This document shows positions 24,241-35,500 of a DNA stretch of 64,000 bases, piece after piece. This stretch comes from the human T2T-CHM13v2.0 reference genome, Homo sapiens. The position numbers and the translations under genes are program-made. The notes below the pieces were generated by a model that was given only the letters and a program-made list of their open reading frames with translations, did no database searches and had not been told where the DNA came from. Location of the stretch: the NCBI RefSeq assembly GCF_009914755.1, contig NC_060947.1. One strand, written 5' to 3'. Within the stretch, counting starts at the first letter, position 1. Each line of letters starts with the position of its first letter.

Positions 24241-26295
24241 TTTATTGAATTACTTGCTAACATTTTACTTCAAAATTCAGATTTCCACCATAGGGAATGA
24301 AGATCTGGCAATACAGGACTTTCATTCCTACATGGTAATGACCAGCTGTAGGTGAAAAGCAGCTGATCCTCTGGATGGGCCATGCACTTTGCAGTTTGCC
24401 CAGGCAGCACTGATCCGCTTTATTCATTTAAGTTACCTGCTTGACTCTTCTAGTCATTCGAGTATGTCATCCCCATCAGATCAGAGACCTAAGCAAATCT
24501 TGGGTCCCTTGCTTACTCCAAGGGCTTTCACTCCTCGTATAGGAGGAGCTAAAGAAATGTACAAGCAGCACCACAATAGGATCAGACCTGGCTTTCAATT
24601 CTAGCACGGCCACATAACATAGTTGGATGACCTCAGGACAGTAACATAACCCCTCTGAGCCTCTAGATCTTCATTATCTGTAGAGCACTCTTCTTATAGA
24701 GTTATTATAAGAATGAAATAAAACAACTAGGATAAAGGGCATGGCACTTAGTAGGTGCTGAAATATTAGTTCCCTTCTTCTAATTCACCACACCATATCT
24801 GTCTATCTATTGGCTGAATCACATAAATAGTAAATTCACATTCACTGAAGACATTCAAGAAGAGTCTGGACCCTTTGGGAACCATGTATAGGGCAAAGGT
24901 TTGAACTCATAGTAGATGATTTTTACAGTCACTTTTTAACAATTTAAAAGCCTATAGATGACTCCAAAATGCCCATTTGGATGATATGAGGCATACTTTG
25001 TGTAGTTAAGGATTTTAAATACATAACAGAGAGGCTGAAGGGCCTTCGGGAAAGAAGCTGGGGTAAGAGTCAAAGTGTAGTATGTTGACCGATGTTCAGG
25101 AATAGGCTTTGGCATCTGACAGATTTTGTTTTAAATACTGGCTCTGGGTCTTACTAGCTTCCAGTTCTGGGCTGCTTCACCTCTCTTGAGTTTCAGTTTC
25201 TTCATTTCTAAAATGAAGATACTAATGCTTCCTTTGTTGGGTTTTTGTGAATATAAGTGAGATAATAAATGTAAATATCTAGCCCAGGGCCTGGTGCATA
25301 GTACAAGCTTCATAAATTGTACCTATTATTATTAGTAGTAGTAGTAGTCCAGACAAACAGAGCTTGGGAAAACGCTAGACTCTGGCTGACATACATGGGC
25401 TTTTCCCCAGGCCACTGCTGCCTGGCTTCCCCTTCCACAAAGCTTTGAGTCTCCAAAATGCTTTGGCTGGAATGTAAGCGTGAGGTCATTGCAGATAACA
25501 GGGGAGCATGATTTGCTTCGGTAATGCAAGTTATTAAGTTACTTCCCTCAGCCCAGCTGAAATCTCTTATTGGTTGATGTGTGCTTCAAAGTGTGAGACA
25601 GAGCTAGTCTGAGGAGAGAGGGAGAGTGAGAAGATTCCTCTTCTTGGCCAGAGGTCAAGGTCTTCCACAAGGAACAGAATGACTCAATGCAAATTATGGG
25701 ACCTCTTTGAGTTTGGGGCCCCTACATTTAAACTAGTAACTCCGTTGCACATATTGGCACCCTTCCCCCAACAAAATTACTGGGCAGGAATTTTCTTGAA
25801 TCCTTCCGTGGCCTGGAATGATCTCCCTTCTCATCCTTGTGATCCACACAGCTGGCAAATGGCAGGCAGCAGAACAAAAACAAGCCTCTTAGCATATAGG
25901 GAGAGAAAGAGTCACAGCAGTACTGAATTTGCTTGGGAACCTAATGTTAACAAAGGACCTTCCTCTCAACACCCCAAACAGATTAAAACATTTTTTTAAC
26001 AGCAAGTTGTGTCTCGGAGCAGCTCTTTGCTTGGGTATATTTAAAGATCTGCTGAGTCATTTAAGAGCAGGCTGGCATATCCTAAGAGGCAAGGACTATA
26101 CCCCAGTCTATGGGGGAGTAAGTTGAGAGGTGAAATCTGTTTGGCTTTCTCCCATGGAAACAAACAAGGTGATCCACTTCCATCTCCCACGACTCTGGAG
26201 AGCATCTACTAAGCCTTCTTATTCTATCAACTTTGAACTCCTCAGTGTATAATAGAGTAAGGGTGAGAGGGAAGGAGCAGTCGTACCAGTGTCAT

Positions 26296-26465
26296 TATTG
26301 GTATGTTCAGGAGTTCAATTTCTTCCTGATTCAGTCTTGGCGGGATGTATTTGTTTGGGAATTTATCCATTTTTTCTAGATTTTTCTAGTTTGTGTGCAT
26401 AGAGGTGTTCATAATACCTTCTGATAGTTATTTTTATTTCTGTGGTGTCAGTGGTAATAACCCCT
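26296..26465 (-). mobile_element. Short L1 ORF2 fragment (L1P-like)
   Basis: ATTCAGTCTTGG...GGAATTTATCCATT..TTCTAGATTTT.CTAGTTT..TGCATAGAGGTGTTCATAAT matches antisense L1 ORF2. Confidence 0.8.
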
Positions 26466-27535
26466 GCTGTCTGAAATTGTAATGGCCCTGCTATTGGTAG
26501 CTGAGAGTAGCATGGAAGTGTCAGGTTGATGGGTTCATTTAATTCTTTTCTTTTCAGTTTCAGTCACATGCATTGTTACCATGGCATATGACAGTTGCTA
26601 GAAAGTGAAATAATTTTTTTTCTACTTTATTCTCCACTGCACTTCTAAATTTATTAGTGGAGAAATTAGCAGTTACCAACTGTTCATTATAGGTACACAT
26701 TGGGGTTTCCTTAGAGCCAATTTTCCCCCTGGTTTTCATCTTGTAAATCTGTAATCCTAAAAATTAGCAAAACCTAGAGCTTCTCTTTGGTCCTGGCCTG
26801 TTTGAACCCTGTTCCACAGACCCCAATCTTCTTTCTTGTTTGAGGCAACTATCCTTCTCTTTGCCCACCGCCATTTTCCTTCATCTACTTTTCCCTTCTC
26901 TAGCACCTCAGACTGTCTTCCCACAGTGGCACAGCCTCCCACTCCACTTTCACTGTGCCATCTCCTTGCCATCAAAACCATCCTCACAGACCCTTCTGAA
27001 ACCACTTCTAGGAAGGGAAATCACAATGGATCCATGAAGGATGCTTTCTGGATGACTTTAAAAGATTGGTATTAAGATATTTTATCAGTGGTAGCAACAC
27101 TGACTTATTCAGGCAGCCATGCCCCGGATCTATAAGAAATCAGGTAAGCTAAAAGTTGCTTGAGCTGGCAGGAGACCTAGTTCTCTTTTTTCCTTTCCCT
27201 CTTGCATTTTGTTTATCGATGGTTTTCAAAGGACTTAGAGGCTGGCTTTGTTATAGTTAGTTGGTAAGAGAAATGGTGGAGGACCGGAAAATGGGAGTGG
27301 AACGAATGAGCATGTTTGAGACTAAGTTATTACAATTCCTAGGATGTATAAATTGCTTGAAATCTACCAAGTACTTTCAGACACATTATCTTTTTTACTC
27401 TTCAAAATCAACTTGGAGGTAGGCACAACAGGGATCAAATCCTTAGTTCACAGATGAGTAAACTGAGACTGGAGGAAATTAAAGGAGATTCCAAGGTAAC
27501 TCAGACAATAAGCAACAGAACCAGGATTTGGTGAA

Positions 27536-27842
<307 letters not shown>

Positions 27843-30669
27843 TGACAGTAAGTCCAACTTTTTTCAAGTTCACAGCTCAGATTTGCTATTGAATGAATGA
27901 GTATATATGTCATTTGGGAACATTCTTTCCAACTTTTGGTTGAAGATTTGTTTTATCACTTGTGAAAATTTTTTTTCATTCTTAGCAATGTCAGTTTAGT
28001 TAAATGAGCATTTCATTTGCGAATTCACTAATTAATTATTTTATTCATCAATACATTTCCTGAGTACCAACTTTCTATCAAACCCTGTGCTGGATTCTGA
28101 GGCTACAAAGAGAAATAAGATACCATCTCAGGCCTCTAAAATCTCACAGACTGGGGACTGACATCTCAGTAGTAAACATATGAACAGCAACTTGTGAAAC
28201 GCCATTAGCAAAATCTCAAGTTATATTCTTCAGTGACTATGGCCATCCTAAAAATGGGGTGTCTTTTATTTGGGGTAAATGAAGATGAAGCCTTATGAGA
28301 AATTGCATTTTAATCTAATCTTGTCTTGCTAAGAACAGAAGTGGAATGTTTCAGCCTCTGTGTGTGTATTTGTGTGTGTGAAGGTTGAGTGTGTGATGAT
28401 GGATGGGGCTGCGAGATTGTTAAGTAGGATCTATGGGGGGCCTTAAATGGTCCTGGTGAGTCCCAACTTTCTGGTTATGTATTTGAGTAGAGTATGGGGG
28501 TGACAAAGATTGTTGTTTAAGAGTTGATTTTAGATTTTTTCCAAGTAAATGGTCAGCTGACTTGGAGCATCATCATTCCACTTGCTTTGAAAACCTGCCA
28601 CTTAAGGCTCCTTCCAGTCATAGGTTAACTCTTTCTGGTCAAGTATTACTCTTTTTGAGCATTTACCTGTCAGTGACAGGTACAATGTTAGATGTTGTCT
28701 CTCTGTTTTCTTGTTTAATCTTTACTTTGATCCTAGGTAGCTCTTATTAGTTCCACTTTATAGGTAAGAAACTGAATTTCAGAGACTTGAATGACTTGTT
28801 CAAGATCACATAGTATAGTAACTTGGTAGTTTGGGACTTGAATTTTGATTGTTCAGTTTTTTGTTTGTTTGTTTCCTGGCCTCCCTGCTGTTTTCACTAT
28901 TCCACACCACTTCAGCTTTATTTTTCATAGAGGCCATTAAATGTACCCTCCATCAGCCAAAGCCTCTTGCCTCCCTTCAACGTAACTCTTCTCTAGCGTC
29001 CTCTTAATAATCTTCTGAAAAGGTTTTACAGCCTTTCTGGGTACTGGGACCCAGAGTCTTAATCCAGGCTCTTAAGTGCCTTATTTAACTGTAATATGGA
29101 AAATCAAAGTCACAGCTAATTCAGGAAAAATGAGTTTGGGATGTGAATTTCCTAGGCAACTTGTCATCTCTTTTTTACTTCCTTAGCTTCATAAACTTAC
29201 CCACAATGTTCCCTGAGGACTAAGAGTAATGGAGGGTGATGAGGAAAGGCTTTCCTCCCTTCCTTTCCGAGAGTCCTTTAGCCAAATGCCACACCTCCTC
29301 CTGTTTCCCTAGTCTCCGTGCAGAGATGGAAGTGGGAGATAGACATGGGTTCCTTTCAGCCCTGAGTTCATGCCAGGGTTTTCTTTCCCTCTAGCTGGAC
29401 TGAGGTAGGAGGAGAGGTTGAAGTCCACCAATAAGACCATGAGTGAAGAAGACTAAAGTACTTGAAAGAGCAGCAGACCTACGCTTAAAATACTAGGGTT
29501 TGTGTCCAGACTTTGTGGGTTACTATCTGTATAATTTTGGGCAAGTCAACAGTTCTGAGTCAGAGTTCCCTTATCAGCAGATTGGAAGATAAATTCTAAT
29601 TATATAGATGAAACATTAAGTCTAGAAGTAATTTGTAAATTCAGAAAGGGCTTATAGATTTAAAGTGTAGCCGTTTTGATTACCACAAACTAAATCCTAT
29701 ACTTCAGGGATAAAATCTTCTCCTGTTTTTTCTAAAAGCCTGTGCATGTGTGGTGTAAGGGGTGGGTTTTCCCTTGTACCAGCAACTTAGCAATTGTAGT
29801 AACGGGGCTGAGGGCAGTGGCATGCTTCTTCATTGAGCAAGTGTGAAAAGAGGGTTATGCATTCAGGGGTCAGCAGATGGCAGGCAGAGTAGCCCCTCCA
29901 AATCTCCCTCCCATACCACAAAGCCCTCTTATTTATTCAAACTTAACATTAGAAGCTCATTTCAAGTAGGCACGTCTGTGTCTGGGCGTCTATTTTCCTT
30001 CTTTGTATATAGCAGGCATTTGTCAACTTGGTGAAAAGCATTACTCTTCTTTCCATTTCTGAGGACTAATTGTGCTTCTTCGCTAGACACGAGTTCAAAA
30101 CAGTGGGTTGAAAGAGGGCAAGTTTATGCCAAAGAATCAGAAATAGTCATAATTTAGAGAGAATTCTAGAGGTCAGTTCCCTTTCGTATGGACTGGGCAA
30201 CTGAAACCCAGACAGGGAAGGGAATTAGACCAAGTTCACAAGCACAAACACTTTACTGGCACATTCAGATTGGAAATCGAGGGCTTCTGCTCCCAGGTCA
30301 GAACTAAATGCCCTTTCTAGCTAGGGTGTTCTTTGATCTCAGTGATTTTGACTCTTTCTACTGCACTCTGGGGACAGTGGGTTCTGCGGTACCAACTCCA
30401 ATTAAAGTGGGAATATGTACCAGCCCCTCCCCTTGGTTTTTATTTTTCAGAGGCCTGGCAGTCAGAGGGATTCTGATCTCTATATGCAATATTTTCACAC
30501 TACTGTACTTATTGAAATCACATTTGAATCTTGGCAATTAACAAGGCAGTAATTGGCATCAGGAGGGTATGTTAGTTTGCTTATCTGCGCCGTCCCTCCT
30601 CTTCCCAACCCACTGTGTATTGCAGAATGTTTTATCAGCTCTGATTTGCCAAGTTGCTCTCTTCTCCAG

Positions 30670-30856
30670 TAGGTGCTGCGAGCAGAGAGGGATTCCTCGG
30701 AGGTCATCTGTTCCATCTTCTTGCCTATGCAAATGCCTGCCTGAAGCTGCTGGAGGCTGGCTTTGTACCGGACTTTGTACAGGGAACCAGGGAAACGAAT
30801 GCAGAGTGCTCCTGACATTGCCTGTCACTTTTTCCCATGATACTCTGGCTTCACAG
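30670..30856 (+). other. AR: AR alternative exon 1B (AR45 transcript)
   Basis: About 22.1 kb downstream of exon 1; preceded by a pyrimidine tract and CAG|TAG; ends CACAG|GTGGGA. The 5' boundary (30670-30675) is less certain than the 3' boundary. Confidence 0.85.
30837..30856 (+). CDS. AR: AR45 isoform-specific N-terminus MILWLH(S), phase-2 splice to exon 2
   Basis: ATG ATA CTC TGG CTT CAC AG|GT encodes the known AR45 start MILWLHS; same phase as the exon 1 donor. Confidence 0.9.
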
Positions 30857-31219
30857 GTGGGAGGTTCTTCAATTGAAAACTTAGAACTCAGTTTCTAGGG
30901 TAGTGAGTGTTGTAAGGTTTGGACTGTGACCTAATATTACGCAGCCATGACATTATCTATTAGGCATCTAGACTAGCTTGCTTGAATATCTTAGCATGTT
31001 GACTAATTTGGGGCAGAATATAGTGTGGGTGGGGGATTTTGTGTGTGGGGGGGGGTTGGGGGTTGAGCAATTCATTATTATTAAAATGCAAAAAGCACTT
31101 AATTCGCTATGATAAGATTGCCTTTTTCATGCATACTGGCCTACCTGCAAGACCCCTAGAGACAGTAAGCAGCATACATGGTGTCTTCCAGTTTTCAGCC
31201 TTTGTGCAAGGAACAACTG

Positions 31220-32125
31220 TGGGTTTCTGCACATGTGTTGTGGTTTGATGTTTGTATGTGATTGTGTACCAGGGTATGTGTGTCTGTTATTGTGAGTTCA
31301 TTTCTGAGCAGTTGTGACACACAGAGATCCAGAAACAGTGTCTTACCCTGTGTGCTTTGCTAGTGGGAACGTGTCTTTTCTTTTGTGCTCGTATCTCTGT
31401 GTAATCGAGTGTCTTGCTAAGTCAATGTGCCTCTGTCTCTTTTTACCAGTTCTGTCTTTGTGTCTCTGTGCCTTCATGTATTTTTTCCCCTGAGTTTGCA
31501 CGTCTCTGTCTATGTGGATATCTCTCACTCCAGGCCACTGTATCACTGTGTCTGTATTACAGCTGTTTATTTCTGTCGGTGTGTGGATTTCTATGTCTGT
31601 TTTCATCTTAATTTGTGTGTCTAAGCAAGACTGTTTTGGGGTGACTATTTCAGTTTATGTCATAGCCATTCTTTGTGTGACTGCTTCTAGGTATGTCTTT
31701 TTCTATGCCCCTATTGTCCCCATCTCCATGTGTCTCTGTGTGTATATGTTCTAATGTATCTGCCTACTTATCTTAGTTTGTATTTCTCTGGGTGTATATC
31801 CCTCTCTTGCAGTTCTGGGCCTTTGCAGTTTTTGGCTTATGTTTTTGTATATATCCACTAGAATTGGCTTCTTATCTTTTTTGTGCATGTTTTAGTTTGT
31901 ATGAGTGAGCATATCCAACTCTGTCTTTGAGAAGCAGAACTGTCTGTGTTTGCAGTCAGTTGTGTTGGCTGTCCCTGTGTTTGTCCCTGTGTGTGCATTT
32001 CATTGTATGTGTACGCATCCATGTATCTTTCTGCTTCTCTGTGACCAGATATTTCTGTGTAGCTGTCTATGTATATTGGCTTCTGTCTGTGTCTGTGTTG
32101 TTGGCTCTACGTCTGTGCATATGCA
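31220..32125 (+). repeat. About 900-nt degenerate TG/TGTC/TCTG-rich low-complexity tract
   Basis: Strong T/G excess and A depletion, with dozens of TGTG, TGTC, TCTG and TATG units and no fixed period. Confidence 0.75.
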
Positions 32126-32517
32126 CCCACCGGGTTCATAAAAAGCTCACCTGCTCTCCAAGGAATCTACCAGATTATTTTGTGAAATAACTCACGTTTC
32201 GTTTTTTTACTTGCCAGCTGCTATGGTACTTAAAAGTGTGTTGGTACGTAGGTGTGCATAATTTATTCATGTAGGATGTCAAAAGAGTCAGTTAAAAATT
32301 ATGCACAGTGTGTCTTTATTAACAGGACACTTGTGTGTAGAGAATCCTTGAGAAATGAGTGGTTAGATGATAAATCTTTTCATATTAATTTCATGATGTC
32401 AGTGAAGTAAATTTGCAAGATATGGGCTGCATAAGAACTATGTTCTTTTTAAAACTCAGCATATTGATGGTGGAGAAAGCATTTATTTGTACTGCAAAGT
32501 CTTATTTCTGATAAGAC

Positions 32518-32591
32518 ATCACAAATAAGAATTATTGTGATGAGACTTATCACAAATAAGAATTATTGTGATAATTCTTATTTGTGATAAG
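32518..32591. repeat. 24-nt direct repeat overlapping a perfect 21-bp inverted repeat
   Basis: ATCACAAATAAGAATTATTGTGAT at 32518 and 32549; arms 32546-32566 and 32571-32591 are exact reverse complements. Confidence 0.95.
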
Positions 32592-35500
32592 AATTACTGG
32601 GTTAGAAGGTGTTACTTTTCTGGTTTTGTTTGGGTTTTTGTTTTGAAGTGTTACTACAGATGGTGTCTTAGGGACAAAGAGCTCTGAGGTTGACTTAGAA
32701 CACATGGAGTACAGATAAAAAGGAGAATGAAAAGTAACAGAGAGATGGGCATATTCCTTGTTTGAATGGAGTCATCCAGGGGCTCAGGATGGAGTGCACA
32801 GGAAATGGAGAGGTGAAGGTCATAGAGAGAAGTTTAGCAGGACCAGATCTTTCCTTGTCCTGGGCTGCTGTGACCATATAAGGAAGGCAGTAAGGGGAGG
32901 GGTAGGGATGAGGAAGAGACCAGCTCTCCTCTTTCTTTCTGATGGAAGGTTACCACCTCTATTTAAAACTTCTGTTCTTTTGGTTTCTCTTTCTTTCTTT
33001 GATTATATTATTTTCTGGACTTGTTCTGCCAAAGCAAGAAGGAAATTCCACATGTGGCTCACTCATTTATTATACTTGTTTCTTTGCACGATATTAAAGA
33101 CAGCTTGTTAAGTGTCACTGCAAACATCATACACACTGATCCACTGATATGGGCAGGGGGTTCTTTATGCCAGTTCTGCTCTCTTCCCAGTGTATCTGTG
33201 GTGCTTAATGGGCGCAACCATGATTTTTCTGATGTCAGTCTGTGATGTCAGTTGTCCAGTGTGTATGCAGGCTGCTTAAGAGTACATACAGTTCCTTCAC
33301 AATTATGGTAGTCCCTGAGAAGGAAGTGGTCATTAATAAAAGACTAGGTTCAGTAGAAACATGTAAGTTGTCTAGGTGTTGGAAATTAATACAGTACTGT
33401 GCTAAGGGAACATATATCTAGAAGTTAACTGAATTATGCTCAATAAAAAGAGTACAAATGTTTCATAAATATTTTGACCTAATCCTCCTGTAAGATTAGG
33501 AGAGGGATATTTCCGATATTCAAATAATTTTTTTAATTGGCAAACACCTTAGACATACTATTTACATAAAATTGACATGACAAAATTAAGTCATTGTGTC
33601 TGTTTTATGATAAAACAGGCTCTTTTGATTTAGTTAGAATTATTGAATGTAAAATAATGAAAATTAAAAAAAAAACAAGGAGGAGGAATCTATCCTATTT
33701 TATAATTCAGACCGTTGAATTGAGTTTTTCTTTTGTTGTATTGATTTAAATGCAGAGAAGTCTATGATGCTGGATTCCAGTCAGAAGATAAACATTTGTA
33801 TGTGGGCTCTACATTGCAGCCAACCTTGATAATTTCAAACCTCGATTTTCTCATCTGTATAATGGTAATAATAAAGCCTGTCTCAGTAGCTACCAAATGA
33901 TTGCATATGACAAACTTCTCACTTATTTAAGGGAAAAAATAAGAAAAAGAAGGACAATAGGGTGGATTTTTCATATAGTAAAATTTATTCAGTTAGGGTA
34001 ATATTCTGAGATTGTCTTCTGAAGCAAACCCTGCAAACCCTGGCCATTCTGTTTTGTTTAGGAAAGAATTCATCAGTTCTGATTCTGCCTTTTCTGGGGA
34101 GGGAGGCTGAGTATTGGATTGAAGAGGAGTCACTACTTTTCTGAGATGATATATCCGTGGTAAAAATTATTAATGCTTTGCACATGCAACATAGAGTGTT
34201 CAATTTTGTTAGTCAACAAATATTTAAGTGGCAGCTGTTATGACCTCAGGGGTGTAGTGACTTCCTTATTGTCCTTTAATTATTAAAAAAGAAATCTATA
34301 TCAGAATATCAGGTAAACTCTTATTACATCAAATATTATAATAAAGATACTTTTTATATTCTCTAAACAAAGTAGAGATCTCAGATGTTGGTTCATTTAT
34401 CAATATAATATTAGATTTGAAAATTCCAGTATACAAAAGGAAAAGGACAGCTTCTTAAAGTTTATAGTGATTTTCTATGAACTATCAATTCCGTTTTTTT
34501 CTGTTTTACTGGTATGATGGAAACTAAATTTCGAGTTGTAAGTAGTAGATAATTAGACTGCAGGGTAAGCCTTGAGATTACTTCTTTTCAGGTAGGAAAC
34601 TCTACTGTGTATTTGGCTAGTTCAACCTATCATGGGTAGTCAAAAATAGTTACATATACAAGTCAGCATTTTTTAAATTGTTCAGTTGTGCTTAAGATTG
34701 GTCCTTTCCAGGAACAATCCAGCTTTATCAAAAAATTATTGCGTACATGTAAAGTGTTCTGACATTTTAATGCTCACAATAGCCGAATGACGTGGGTAAG
34801 AATCTTCGTCTTCATTTTATAGATGAAGAAATGAAGACACAGAGACATAAATTAACTGGGCCAGGGTCCTACCACTAGAATGTGATAGATGATAATTTGA
34901 GCTCAGCACATAGTTATTTCCCTATAATATTTGTTTTATGATTGTATAGATGTCTGCTGACCAACCTTAATCTCTGCTCCCTAAGATTAACCATTCTACA
35001 AAGCAGAAACTGGAGGTCATTCAAATGAAAGCTCTACACTTTTAGAGGGCCATTAACAATGCTCAAGTTAAAGAAAAGCAATCAAAGACAACTAAAATAC
35101 TGGTACCTTCAAACAGTACTTATGAATTATTTAACCTTAGATAATTTGGCTTTGAGTTAGAAAGATAGAGTAAGATGGAGGAACCAATTCTTCCCTGGGT
35201 TGATATTTATTTATCTTGCTCTTTTGAAGTCTAGGCCAATCATCCTATTTATTCTGAATGGCCCGTTAACGTTTATCCATTTAGGGACAGCAGGTTTGGC
35301 ACAAATGGATTGGTTTTCTGAGGTCTTATGTAGAGGGCTGCACTGACTGACTTCTGAAAGTCCCCCCTAACCCTTCAAATCTCAGGGTCATCTGGTCTCA
35401 AGCCTTCAATTATGAATACATTTCTATTGCCTTTTTGAGTAACAGCACAACACTGCAAGCTGACCCACTGGGTGGATGGAATGGGGCTCTTGCCCTACCA

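Noticed and set aside
32518-32597. Repeat-spacer-like pattern suggesting a CRISPR array (also 59152-59202 and 61715-61778)
   Set aside because: Only 2-4 copies, no unique 25-45 nt spacers, no cas genes, human intron context; explained by slippage or template switching.
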